From NCBI GenBank assembly GCA_020850355.1, contig JADZEX010000081.1, positions 131,113 to 195,112 of the forward strand: 64,000 nt of DNA, read 5' to 3'. The notes beneath the pieces are model-generated. The model was not told the DNA's origin and ran no database searches. It worked only from the letters and a program-made list of their open reading frames with translations. The position numbers were made by a program, and so were the translations under genes. Shown one piece after another: positions 53,735-63,799 of this stretch (position 1 is the stretch's first letter; each line of letters begins with the position of its first letter). Source of the DNA: Fimbriimonadaceae bacterium (GTDB lineage: Bacteria; Armatimonadota; UBA10988).

Positions 53735-56103
53735 CAGGTTCCTCCCGCCCGCAAGAAGGCCAGTTGCCGGGCGGTTGCCCCGAGTGCGGCGGCGGTCAGG
53801 GGCAGCGCCAGCAGCAGCAGCAGGCCGTTGGCCCAGAGCATCCCGGTGGGCGGCCCGACGGCCTGCGGGAGGGCCTGCGACCAGAGGATCCGTAGCAGCT
53901 CGAGCGTGGCGATGGCCGCCAGGCCCTGGCCGCGCCACTCGCGCCGGACCGTGCCGGCCAGCGTCAGCGCGGGCAGCAGCAAGATCACCGCGAGCCAGTG
54001 ACAGAGCCCCGCGGTGGTGACCCAGGGCTGCCCGACCCAGTGGCCGGCGAGCGCCACGGGGAGGGCGGTCAGCAGCCAGAAGAAGCCGAACGGCAGCGTC
54101 ACGCCGAGGTAGCGCGAGAGCACGATCTGGCGCACCGAGAGCGGTGTCAGCCACCAGGCGTCGAGCCGTCCGGCGGCATGGTCGCGGGCGAAGCAGCGGA
54201 CGCCGGCGAGGCCGGCCGGGTGGAGCAGCAACTGCAGCCCGATCGCGGCCATCGCCATCGACGGCAGCGCCGCGGCCGGGTCGCCAGCGGGGAGGTAGTT
54301 GCGGTGCCACAGGAACAGCGAAATGGCGTCTCGCAGGGAGGCCTCGACCATCGGCCCGAGGCGGAAGTAGAAGGCCCCCAGGACCGGCCCCAGGAGCATC
54401 GCGAACGGCGACAGCAGCCAACCGCGGCGGTGCAGCAGCAGCAGGTCGAGGTGCAGCACCGGCGTGCTGACCGGCGCCGGCCGCGCGGCTCGGGCGCGGC
54501 GCAGGCCTGGGCGCAGGCCGCGTTGCAGCACGACCGCCGCCAGCGCCCCAATCGTCAGGGCCACGGCGAGCTGCACCGCAACCGCCTGTGGCCACGGCCC
54601 GGGCAACGGCAGATCGCTGGTGTTGCCGAGGCCGGTGCCGGCGTCAGGGGGTAGCCAGAGCGCCACCGAGAAGGGCGAGCAGGCGCTCACGGCAGTGCCC
54701 AGCGGGTGCTTCCACTGCCCCAGAAAGGGACCGGCCAGGGCGGGCAAGACCAGCGCCAGACTGAGCAGCTCGCGTCGCGTGGTGCGCCAGGCGGCGGTCA
54801 CCAGCAGGCCCAGCAGGTAGGCCCCCGCGGCGGCCACGACGGCCACCCAGACGGCCGCCGCGCGGCCCAGGAACGGCCCTCCCGCCGCGCTCAGCGGCCA
54901 GCCGCCGAGCTGCAGGCAGAGGGCGGTGACCAGCCACGGCAGGAGCCCGGCCCAGGCGACCGCGCGCCAGTAGGGCCAGAGCGCCGCGGCCGTGGGCAGC
55001 CGCTCGTCGCCGTCGGTGGTGCCGCTGCGCAGCCCGCAGCGGAGCGCGGCAGCGTAGCCGGCAAAGACCACTTGCGGCAGCGCGGCCCAGAGCAGCAGCG
55101 TCAGCAGCAACTGCGCGGCCGTCTGCCGGTCGGCGCTGAGGTCCCACCACAACGGCAGCGCGAAGCGGGCCAGGCCGTGCTCCCAGGTGAAGCCGACCAG
55201 CAGCAGCGCGGCGCTGACGTACGTCGCCTGGCTGCCGCGAACGACGAGCTGGGCGAGCGCTGGCGTCTCGCCGTAGATGGTGGTCGCCAGCCCGGCCAAC
55301 TGGCGCCGCGCCCAGGGCACGGCCGGCAGCGCCAACAGCAGATAGGGCAGGCGCAGGCCGAACCACGGACCAACGCCGCCGCAGAGCAGGCCCAACTGCT
55401 GGCCGCTGCGGAAGGTCAGCAGCACCGCCAGGAAGATCCACAGCGGGTTGAGGAAGGCCGCCGTGAGGGTCCGGACGTTGAAGATCAGGTCCGACCAGTC
55501 CTCGAGGCTGGCGTGCCGGGTGCGCACCGCCGCGGCGCCCGCGGCGGCGCTCAGCAGCAACGCATAGAGGGCCACGCCAGCCAGCACGACGGCCACGCCG
55601 CCCAGCGCCGGGGCCGGCGGACCGGGCAGCAGGCGCAGCGCCAGGTAGACCGGCAGGCCGCACAGGATCATCCGCAGACCGGCCCCGGCCGCCGGTAGGG
55701 CCCGCCCGGAGAGGGCCTCCAACGGCCGCAGGCGGGTCAGCGCCAGCGCGGTGGCGTTGCCCTCGTGTTGCAGATCGGCCGACAGGCGCCAGGCCGGCAG
55801 GCCCGTGGCGACCGCGACCAGCAGCGCGTGGAGGGCCACGATGGGGTTCCAGATAGTCATCCCAAAGGGCCATCCGGCGAGCGCGTCGCGGCTGGCGAAG
55901 CGCTGCCAAACGAGCGCCGCGAGCACCACGAAGGCGGCCGCCGGGACCCAGCCAGCCGCGTCCCCGCGCCGCCGCAGCCGGCGGGCCTCGAGTTGCAGAA
56001 ACAGATTGTCGACGACCCACCACGCGGCGCGGGCCGGCGGTGCGGGCGGCGCTGCAACCGTACACATCGCCGCCATGATACCCGCTGCCGCGGCGGCTGA
56101 CAC
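53731..56103 (-). CDS. large polytopic membrane protein of unknown function
   Basis: 790 aa, about 20 predicted TM helices. GTGA overlap with the DUF559-Macro gene. 18 nt downstream of the sensor kinase gene. Confidence 0.55.
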   Translation of the reverse strand: MSAAAAAGIMAAMCTVAAPPAPPARAAWWVVDNLFLQLEARRLRRRGDAAGWVPAAAFVVLAALVWQRFASRDALAGWPFGMTIWNPIVALHALLVAVATGLPAWRLSADLQHEGNATALALTRLRPLEALSGRALPAAGAGLRMILCGLPVYLALRLLPGPPAPALGGVAVVLAGVALYALLLSAAAGAAAVRTRHASLEDWSDLIFNVRTLTAAFLNPLWIFLAVLLTFRSGQQLGLLCGGVGPWFGLRLPYLLLALPAVPWARRQLAGLATTIYGETPALAQLVVRGSQATYVSAALLLVGFTWEHGLARFALPLWWDLSADRQTAAQLLLTLLLWAALPQVVFAGYAAALRCGLRSGTTDGDERLPTAAALWPYWRAVAWAGLLPWLVTALCLQLGGWPLSAAGGPFLGRAAAVWVAVVAAAGAYLLGLLVTAAWRTTRRELLSLALVLPALAGPFLGQWKHPLGTAVSACSPFSVALWLPPDAGTGLGNTSDLPLPGPWPQAVAVQLAVALTIGALAAVVLQRGLRPGLRRARAARPAPVSTPVLHLDLLLLHRRGWLLSPFAMLLGPVLGAFYFRLGPMVEASLRDAISLFLWHRNYLPAGDPAAALPSMAMAAIGLQLLLHPAGLAGVRCFARDHAAGRLDAWWLTPLSVRQIVLSRYLGVTLPFGFFWLLTALPVALAGHWVGQPWVTTAGLCHWLAVILLLPALTLAGTVRREWRGQGLAAIATLELLRILWSQALPQAVGPPTGMLWANGLLLLLALPLTAAALGATARQLAFLRAGGTW

Positions 56104-56121
56104 GGTCAGTTGCCGGGATGC

Positions 56122-59109
56122 TCAGCCGCGTTCGGCGGCCGGCAGGTGGATCGTGATGGTGGTGCCGCTGCCCAACTCGCTGGCGCACTCGATCTGACCG
56201 CCGCAGCGCTGCACGGCGCCGTAGACCGCGGCCAGCCCCAGGCCCACCGCGGCTGTCGGGCCGTGGGTGCTGAAGAACGGCTCGAAGATCCGCCGGCGGG
56301 TGGCGTCGTCCATGCCGCGCCCGGTGTCCGCCACCCGCAGCACGACGTGCGGTCCCACCCGCAGGGCCGGGCGCGACGCAATGTCGGGCGGGCCGAGCAG
56401 TACGTTGGCCGTCTGAATGGTCAGCGTGCCGCCGTCGACGAGGGCTTCGTGGGCGTTCAGCACGAGGTTCGTGAGCAGCTCGTCGAGCTGCTGGTGGTCC
56501 GCCAGCACCGGCCACAGGTCCGGCGCCAGGTCGAGCTGCAGGGCGCTCGATTCGCCGAGCAGCGACTCGAACATCCGGCGCAGCTCGCGGATCACCTCGT
56601 TGACGTCCAACAGCCGCGGGCTGCTGAGCTGGCGGCGGCTGAAGTTGAGCAGCTTGGTGGTCAGATCCGCCCCGCGCCGGGCCGCCTGCCGCACGGCCTG
56701 CAGGTCGCGGACTCGCTCGTCCTGGGGGTCCAGGCTCTCGATCACGAAGTCGGTGTAGCCGGTGATCGCGGTCAGCAGGTTGTTGAACTCGTGAGCCACC
56801 CCGCCCGCCAGTTGCCCGACCGCGTGCAGCTTGCCGGTCTGGCGCAACGCCTCGTCCAGGGCGACCTCGCGGGTGACGTCGCGCTTCAGGCTGAAGAGGT
56901 TGGTGATCTGCCCCGCCGCGTCTCGCAAGGGGGCCAGCGTGAGGTCCTCCCAGTACAGCTCCCCATTGCGCCGCCGGCGCTGTACGCGGCGGGTCACCGG
57001 CTCGTCGAGGTCGGCCGGGTTGGGCTCTACCGGGAACAGGTCGGAGGCGTAGGTCTCGCTCGGCCGCCGGCCCAGCACCTCGGCTGCGGTCCAGCCGGTG
57101 AGCCGCTCGAAGCCGGCGTTGACGTAGCAGACCCGGTAATCGGCAGCGGTGATCACGACCCCGGCCTCGGACTGCTCGATCACCGCGCTGAGCAGCCGCA
57201 GCCGCTCCGCGGCGGCGACGCGGGCGGTGATGTCGCGGCTGACCGAACAGAATCCGGCCACCTGGCCGTCGGGATCGCGGTAGGGCGCCGCGCTGATCTC
57301 GACGGTCCGGCGGGCGCCGTCGGGCCGCAGCATCGTGTAGACCGTGGTCCGACCACGCTGTCCGCCCGACAGCATCGCCTCCACCCCCACGCGCGCCGCC
57401 GCCTGGTCTTCGGGGGCGATGAAGTCCAGGACGGCCCGGCCGACCAGGTCGCTGGCGTGGCGCAGCCCGCACAGCTCGACGGCCCGCGGCGACGCCACCA
57501 GCACGCGGCCGTCCCGGTCGGTGAACGTGATGGCATCGGGGGAGGCCGCCAGCACCACGCGATGCCGCGCCTCGGACGCCTGCAACGCCTCGGTGGCGCG
57601 GCGCCGCTCGATGATCTGGCCGAGCAGCGAGCAGTAGACTTGCAGGACCTCCTGCACATCGGGATCGGGCGGCCGGTCGCTGGTCCCGGCGTCGTTGAAG
57701 AACACGCCGATCGGTTCGTCGCCCGAGGTGATCAGGGTGGTCGCGATCCAACCTGTCGGGCCGTCGACAATGCGGGTCCCGTGGACCTCGGTCCGCGGGC
57801 CGACGGTGAGCTCGTACTGGCGCGTCCACTCCTCTTCTTTGGCGACGCGGCGCCAGTCTTCCTGCCAGGTGAAGACCAACTCGGATTCGTCGGTCGTGGC
57901 GCCGTCGAGGGCGGTGCCCCAGGTGCCCTGGAACTGGTTCCCCTCGGCCAGGTAGAGCGAGCCCCGGGCGACGCCGAGGCGCTCCCGCGCCAACTCGACG
58001 GCACGGCGACAGAGGTCGCGCAGGGTGCGGGCCTGGAGCAGTTCGTCGGCCACGCCGACCACTTCCGAGAGCAGCTCCCCGCGGCGCCGGTGGCGCAGCT
58101 CGCTGTCCTGCAGCGCCGTCTCGGCGGCCAGCCGTTCGGTGACGTCCTCCAGAAAGCCGTGCAGGCAGACCGGCGCCCCGAGCTCGTCGCGCAGCGCCTG
58201 CAGCGAGACGCGGGCGACGAAGGTCGAGCCATCGCGGCGCACCATCTGGGCGTAGGTCCGCGCCGCCGACCGCGCGGCCAGCGCCTCGGCGACCAGCGCG
58301 GAGCGCCGCGCCTCGTTGGCGAAGAGCTGGTCCAGCCCGGCCACGACCCGTTGCAGGTCGTCGGGTGAGGCGTAGCCGAAGAGCCGCGCCAGCGCGCTGT
58401 TGGCCTCTTCCAGGAACCCGCTCAGGGCCGCCCGGAAAAGGGCCAGGCTGGAGTTCAGGAAGATCCCGCGGTAGCGCGCTTCGCTCTCGCGGAGGGTCGC
58501 CGCGCCACGCTGTTGGGCGACCTGGGCGGCGTGCTGGCGGGAGGCCTCTTGCAGCAGCCGCTGTAGCGCGGCCTCGGGCGGCGGCTGCAGCGCGGCGGTG
58601 GAGGCGACCCACTGCGGATTGCCGCAGACCGCGCCGTGCACCGCCACTTGGGGCGACAGGCGGGCGCAGTCCAGCAGCATCGTGGCTGGGACCCGCTGCC
58701 GGTCGTAGAGGTGCAGCAGCGGCACGCCCGGCAGCTCGGCCGCCAGGGCCGCCACGAAGTCCAGCACCTGCGCCTGCCGCGCCGGCTCGGCGGCGCCAGC
58801 GGTGTGGTCGAGCAGCAGGCCGTAGCCGCCCGGCTGCAGCGGCAGGTCGCTGGCCAGGCGGTCGCGCAGCCAGGCGACCTGGGCGGCGCCGGAGTCACTG
58901 CGCCCGGCCCAGCCGGCCGGCAGGGCTTGCGCCGCCAGCAGCGGCGATTCGGCCAGCACCGCCGCGCGTGCGGCGGTGGCCTGACCAAGGTCGTGCAGCA
59001 AGCCCTGTCGGGCGGCGACGAGTTGCCGCAGGAACGGCCGCACCACCACCGCCCACTCCTCGGGGGAGGCGTACGCGGCGAAACACTGCGGTGGCGGGGC
59101 GATGGTCAC
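56122..59109 (-). CDS. multi-PAS sensor histidine kinase
   Basis: 995 aa. HisKA motif HEFNNLLTAITGYTDFV. HATPase_c motifs (NLVLNAHEA...DTGRGM...GLGLAAVYG). Several PAS/PAC blocks. No receiver domain. Confidence 0.85.
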   Translation of the reverse strand: MTIAPPPQCFAAYASPEEWAVVVRPFLRQLVAARQGLLHDLGQATAARAAVLAESPLLAAQALPAGWAGRSDSGAAQVAWLRDRLASDLPLQPGGYGLLLDHTAGAAEPARQAQVLDFVAALAAELPGVPLLHLYDRQRVPATMLLDCARLSPQVAVHGAVCGNPQWVASTAALQPPPEAALQRLLQEASRQHAAQVAQQRGAATLRESEARYRGIFLNSSLALFRAALSGFLEEANSALARLFGYASPDDLQRVVAGLDQLFANEARRSALVAEALAARSAARTYAQMVRRDGSTFVARVSLQALRDELGAPVCLHGFLEDVTERLAAETALQDSELRHRRRGELLSEVVGVADELLQARTLRDLCRRAVELARERLGVARGSLYLAEGNQFQGTWGTALDGATTDESELVFTWQEDWRRVAKEEEWTRQYELTVGPRTEVHGTRIVDGPTGWIATTLITSGDEPIGVFFNDAGTSDRPPDPDVQEVLQVYCSLLGQIIERRRATEALQASEARHRVVLAASPDAITFTDRDGRVLVASPRAVELCGLRHASDLVGRAVLDFIAPEDQAAARVGVEAMLSGGQRGRTTVYTMLRPDGARRTVEISAAPYRDPDGQVAGFCSVSRDITARVAAAERLRLLSAVIEQSEAGVVITAADYRVCYVNAGFERLTGWTAAEVLGRRPSETYASDLFPVEPNPADLDEPVTRRVQRRRRNGELYWEDLTLAPLRDAAGQITNLFSLKRDVTREVALDEALRQTGKLHAVGQLAGGVAHEFNNLLTAITGYTDFVIESLDPQDERVRDLQAVRQAARRGADLTTKLLNFSRRQLSSPRLLDVNEVIRELRRMFESLLGESSALQLDLAPDLWPVLADHQQLDELLTNLVLNAHEALVDGGTLTIQTANVLLGPPDIASRPALRVGPHVVLRVADTGRGMDDATRRRIFEPFFSTHGPTAAVGLGLAAVYGAVQRCGGQIECASELGSGTTITIHLPAAERG

Positions 59110-59148
59110 CGGAGATCATCCGTAGGTGTGCGAGCCGTCGGCGGTCGC

Positions 59149-59994
59149 TCAGCCGGCCAGGGCCTGCTCCCGGCATGCCCGCAGCCAGGCGAAGTCCTCG
59201 CGCGTCTGATCGACCAACTCGTCCACTGACATGTCGTACCAGGAGTGCCCGCCTTGATACTCGCTGTGTAACGACACCGTCCCGTCGAAGCCCAGCGCCG
59301 CGAGGCAGCGCCAGACGGCGGCCCAATCGACCATGCCCTGCGGCAACGGCACCATCTTGTCCTGCCACTGCCCGCTGCGGCCGACCGTCGGGTTGTAGCG
59401 CCAGGCCATCGCCTTGATCGCAACCAGGTTGATCCGCGGCCCGAGCAGCTCCAGGCCTTGTCGCCAGACATCCTTGCCGCCCTCGATCACCATGTGTCCC
59501 GGGTCGGCGTAGGCGCCCACCGCGGCGGGATCGAGGTCTTGCAGCAGCCACCACACAATCGCCGGGTTGGCGGTGATGAAGTTGTTGCTGTGGATGTGCA
59601 GGTTGACCCGCACGCCGGCCGCCGCGGCCGCCTGCGCGATGCCCGCCAGCTTGACCTTGGCGTCGTCCAGCGCGGGCCGGTACTCGCCGAACTTGCGGTA
59701 GGTCCAGTAGCCCAGCTTCAGTTCGCGGATCCCGCACTGCGCGGCGGTCTGCATCAACTGCACGCTGACCGGGTCGGCCGCGGTGATGTTGGTGGTCAGC
59801 ATCGGCACCCCGAGCCCCGCCCCGGCGGCGACCTGCACGGCCGCCGGCAGACCCGTCGGAGCGTCCTCGGGCAGCACGTAGCCACCGCCGCGCACCGTCA
59901 GGTCGAGCCCGTCGAACCCCATCGCCTTGACCTTCGCGCAGGCCTGCTCCAGCGGCCATTCCTGAAGGTGCTTCGTGAACATCACGTACTGCAT
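59149..59994 (-). CDS. sugar phosphate isomerase/epimerase (xylose isomerase-like TIM barrel)
   Basis: 281 aa, AP-endonuclease-2/TIM-barrel family pattern (GFDGLDL...NLHIHSNN...). Confidence 0.65.
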   Translation of the reverse strand: MQYVMFTKHLQEWPLEQACAKVKAMGFDGLDLTVRGGGYVLPEDAPTGLPAAVQVAAGAGLGVPMLTTNITAADPVSVQLMQTAAQCGIRELKLGYWTYRKFGEYRPALDDAKVKLAGIAQAAAAAGVRVNLHIHSNNFITANPAIVWWLLQDLDPAAVGAYADPGHMVIEGGKDVWRQGLELLGPRINLVAIKAMAWRYNPTVGRSGQWQDKMVPLPQGMVDWAAVWRCLAALGFDGTVSLHSEYQGGHSWYDMSVDELVDQTREDFAWLRACREQALAG

Positions 59995-60057
59995 CGCGGT
60001 GCTTCCTTCGTCGATCCGACTTCAGCGGCACCCTACGCCGCCGTCGCGCTGGTTCCT

Positions 60058-61177
60058 TCAGGCGTGTTCGCCGGCCGTCTGCCGCAGGTAGCTCTCGATG
60101 AACCGGTCGAGATCGCCGTCCAGCACCCCGTCGGTATCGCCGGTCTCGACGTTCGTGCGGAGGTCCTTCACCATGCGGTAAGGGTGCAGCACGTAGTTCC
60201 GCGTCTGGTTGCCCCAGGCGAAGTCCTCGACCTTGCCGCGCAGGTCAGCCAGCTTCTCGGCGCGCTGGCGCTGCATGATCTCGAACAGCTTGGCCTTCAG
60301 CACGGCCATCGCCGAGGCGCGGTTCTTGTGCTGGCTGCGCTCGTTCTGGCACGACACCACCAGCGGCCGGTCCAGCTCGGGCGGCTGATAGGTCAACCGC
60401 ACCGCGCTGTCGGTCTTGTTGACATGCTGCCCGCCGGCACCGCTCGAACGAAAGGTGTCGACCCGCAGATGCGCCTCGTCGATGTCGATGATCAGATCGT
60501 CGGCCACGTCCGGCATCACCACCACGCCGGCGAACGAGGTCTGGCGACGGTTGTTGCCGTCGAACGGCGAGATCCGCACCAGCCGGTGGACGCCGGCCTC
60601 GCCGCGCAACAGGCCGTAGGCGTTGCTGCCGCTGACCTTGATGGTGGCCGACCGGAGACCGGCCTCCTCCCCCTCGCTGACCTGCATCACCTCGGCTTTG
60701 AAGCCCTGCCGCTCGGCCCACCGCAGGTACATCCGCAGCAGCATCTCGGTCCAGTCGCAGGCATCGTTGCCCCCGGCGCCGGCGCTGAACTCGACGATCG
60801 CCCCATGGTCGTCGTACGGCCCGCTGAGCATCGCGGCGACTTCCAGCCGGGCCAGGGCCTGCTCCCCGGCTTCCAGCTCCGCCGCAGCCTCGCCGAGGGT
60901 CTCCTCGTCGCCCGCCTCGGCGGCCAGTTCGAGCATCACCTCAATGTCCTCGACGCGCTGCGCCAGCGCCCCCCAGGGCTCGACAAAGGCCCGCCCGCGG
61001 GCGAGCTCCTTGAGAATGTCCTGGGCCCGTTGCTGGTCGTCCCAAAAGGTCTGGGCCAAGGTCAGGGCGGTCAGCTCGTCGATCCGCTGGTGTCGGCTGG
61101 CGAGGTCAAAGATACCCTCCCATCTCCGTCGCCCGTCGTCGTAGCACCTCGAAGCGGTCCGTCAACTGGTCCAGCAT
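60058..61177 (-). CDS. prfB: peptide chain release factor 2, with programmed +1 ribosomal frameshift
   Basis: Main ORF carries SGAGGQHVNKTDSAVRLTY (GGQ). Upstream short frame MLDQLTDRFEVLRRRATEMGGYL* ends at CTT TGA C, preceded by the SD-like GGGAGG. The +1 shift joins the frames. Confidence 0.9.
61106..61111 (-). other. prfB: prfB +1 frameshift site (CTT UGA C)
   Basis: Minus strand reads GGGAGGGTATCTTTGACC. Canonical autoregulatory RF2 recoding signal. Confidence 0.85.
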
Positions 61178-61247
61178 GGTGGTTCTCCGGCTATCAACAA
61201 ACAGGCCGGCCGCCGTGGCAGCCGGCCTGTTCCAGCCATTCTGCGTC

Positions 61248-62012
61248 CTACAGCCCCAACGTGCGCAGGCAGCCGCGGCTCATCGACAAGGAGGCCCAGG
61301 TGGTGAGCTGCGTGCGGTCCTGTTCGTAGGTGATCCAGGTCGCGCCGGCGTCGAGGCAGGCCCGCAGGGCGCTCGCCAGGGGCACCGTCCCGCCGCCCAG
61401 CTCACAGAACCAGGGCTTGCCTTCGGCGTCCTTGCCGCCGTCCTTGAAGTGGAAGTACTCCGCCCGCGCGGCATACCGGGTGACGAAAGCGGCCGGGTCC
61501 TCGCCGCCGACATGCACCCAGTAGACATCGATGTTGAGGCCCACCAGCGCCGGGTCGGTGCCGCCGATCAACCGGTCGATGCCGCGGCTGCCATCGGGCA
61601 GGAGGTCAAACTCCCAGGCGTGGTTGTGATAGAGGAACTGCAGGCCCCGCTCCCGCGCCGCTCGGCCAGCGGCGTTGAACACCTCGCAGGAGGCGTCGTA
61701 CCCCGCCGCGGTGCGGTCGGCGGTGCCGCTGCAGATCACGTAGCGTCCACCAAAGGCCTGCACAAAGTCCAGCGCCTTGGCCAGCTTCGCGGGATCGGCG
61801 ATGTCGGCGTAGCCGTTGTGCGTCGCCGGCACCACCAGCCCGCGGTCGCAGAACCACTGCTTGACCTGCTCCGGCTCAAAGCGCAGGAAGTAGTTGACCG
61901 ACTCCACACCGCGGAAGCCAGCGTCGCGGACCTCGTCGAGGCAGCCCAGCGGGTCCTCGAACTTGCGGTCGCCGAAGATGATCGGCTGAATCCCTACCAT
62001 CGGCAATGCCAT
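61248..62012 (-). CDS. sugar phosphate isomerase/epimerase family protein (xylose isomerase-like TIM barrel)
   Basis: 254 aa. Second paralog of the 59149..59994 family in this neighbourhood. Confidence 0.6.
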   Translation of the reverse strand: MALPMVGIQPIIFGDRKFEDPLGCLDEVRDAGFRGVESVNYFLRFEPEQVKQWFCDRGLVVPATHNGYADIADPAKLAKALDFVQAFGGRYVICSGTADRTAAGYDASCEVFNAAGRAARERGLQFLYHNHAWEFDLLPDGSRGIDRLIGGTDPALVGLNIDVYWVHVGGEDPAAFVTRYAARAEYFHFKDGGKDAEGKPWFCELGGGTVPLASALRACLDAGATWITYEQDRTQLTTWASLSMSRGCLRTLGL

Positions 62013-62257
62013 CGACTGTCCCCTTCCGAGCGCCGCACTCGCCGCGGCCGCCCCGAACGCCTCACGATACCACGAAAGCGTTTGCCTGCGGACGCCCGCC
62101 GCCGCCGCGGCTCAGCCGGGTTGGCCCACGGCGACCCGACGCCCGCCGGGCCCAGCAGCCCGGACCGGGCGCCGCCAACGGAGCATGGTCCGGCTGTCTG
62201 CCGCGCCCTGTGCCAGGCCCCAACCGCTGGACCGGAGCGGCCGCGGCGCGGTCGGGG

Positions 62258-63799
62258 CTAGCGGTACTCGACCGTCACGTTGCCAGCGCGGAGCAGGCCG
62301 TGGGGCCAGTCGGCGTCGCTGGTCAGGCGCCGGCCGTTGATGATGACGTTTTCCAGGATGATCCGAATCGATCCGTCGCCCTCGGTCCGCAGCCGGGAAC
62401 GCAGCGGGGTGCCCTGCAGGTCGGCGACGTGCGGGCCCCACCAGGTGCCGCGTTCGGTACCGCTGAGGCTGACGTTGCGAAAGTGCAGCTCGACCGGTCG
62501 CAGCTTCACCTCGCCGGCCGGTCGGGTGGCCCAGGGGGTGGGGCGGTCCCAGTTGTCGATCGCCAGGAAGTTCAGCACGTCGCCCCAGACCTGCAAGTTC
62601 TCGATTTGGCAGTTGGTGAACTGCGTCCCCGTCGAGGCGGCCAGTCCGAACAGGCCGCGGGCCATGTTCTGCACCGTGGCGGTGTCGCGGACGACCCAGT
62701 TGTCGGCGAAGACATGGTCCTTGGTGGTGTAGGAGTAACCGTAGCCGAGCTGCACCAGCGCGGAGTTGTCCTGCTTCCAGATCACGCAGCGGCGGGTCTC
62801 GGAGGTCGGCGCCATCCAGCAGAAGACGTCGTCTTCGACCTTCAGGAAGCAGTCCAGGATTCGGTGGTGGGGTCCGGCGATGATGCCGTTGTTGTTGTAC
62901 AGGTCGCCGAGCAGCTTGAGATTCTGGAAGACCGCCCCGGACCCGTGGGTGCGGATCATGTAGAACGGCGACTCGATCACGGTGAGGCCTTCGAGGCGGA
63001 GATCCGTGGTCGTCGGGTCGGCGTAGATGGTCGCCCACTTGGCAGCGTACATGCGGTCGTGGTTGGGCTCCCAGGGGTTGGCCTGGCCGGCGGCCTTCGC
63101 GGCCAGCGCCGACTCCACGCGTTGCAGCATCAGCCGGCGGTCGGTCAGGATACCGCGGCCGCGGAGCCGGATCTGCGGGCCCTCGCAGTAGAGCGAGCCC
63201 TGGACCAGCGCGCCGCCTGCCAGGTAGACCGTCTGCCCCGCGCTGACGCGGTGCTGGAAGCCGATGTCGTGGACACCCGGCCCGTAGTACTGCACCCCGG
63301 GTGTGCCCGGCGCGGGGACATCGGTTTCGGGCGGGTTGGCGAACAGGAAGAAGGGGTGCTCGAAGTCGAACCGCTCGTGGCCGGCGACTTTCACCAGCAC
63401 GTAGTACTGCCCCGGCCGGCTGAGCTCCAGGCGGACCTTGCCATCGACGACGCTGGCGGCGATGCCGGTCGGGGCGGGCCGGAGCTCGACCCCCACGGCG
63501 CGGGCCTGCAAGGCCTCCAGCTCGACGGTCACCTGGCCGGCGAACGAGAAGCTCGCCCAGTGATTCTCGCGGGGGAAGAACTGCGCCGGCCACGGCCCGG
63601 GGAACTCGTGGTGCCAGATCGACCGCATCCGGTAGCAGAACGCCTCCTGCGCAGTTTCGCCCTGGGTCACCCGGACCCGGTACTGCGCCGAGCGGTACTC
63701 CTCCTGGCCCGGCGCCGGGTAGACCCAGAGCCCGGCGGCTGGGGGCTCCGCCGCGCTGGCGGCGGTCAGGACTGTGGTCAGCAGGATCACCCGTCGCAT
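62258..63799 (-). CDS. secreted right-handed beta-helix (pectate-lyase/GH28-GH49-like) protein
   Basis: Signal peptide MRRVILLTTVLTAASAA. Repeated parallel beta-helix coil motifs (NNGIIAGP..., NCQIENLQVWG...). Start +/-1 codon uncertain. Confidence 0.55.
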   Translation of the reverse strand: MRRVILLTTVLTAASAAEPPAAGLWVYPAPGQEEYRSAQYRVRVTQGETAQEAFCYRMRSIWHHEFPGPWPAQFFPRENHWASFSFAGQVTVELEALQARAVGVELRPAPTGIAASVVDGKVRLELSRPGQYYVLVKVAGHERFDFEHPFFLFANPPETDVPAPGTPGVQYYGPGVHDIGFQHRVSAGQTVYLAGGALVQGSLYCEGPQIRLRGRGILTDRRLMLQRVESALAAKAAGQANPWEPNHDRMYAAKWATIYADPTTTDLRLEGLTVIESPFYMIRTHGSGAVFQNLKLLGDLYNNNGIIAGPHHRILDCFLKVEDDVFCWMAPTSETRRCVIWKQDNSALVQLGYGYSYTTKDHVFADNWVVRDTATVQNMARGLFGLAASTGTQFTNCQIENLQVWGDVLNFLAIDNWDRPTPWATRPAGEVKLRPVELHFRNVSLSGTERGTWWGPHVADLQGTPLRSRLRTEGDGSIRIILENVIINGRRLTSDADWPHGLLRAGNVTVEYR

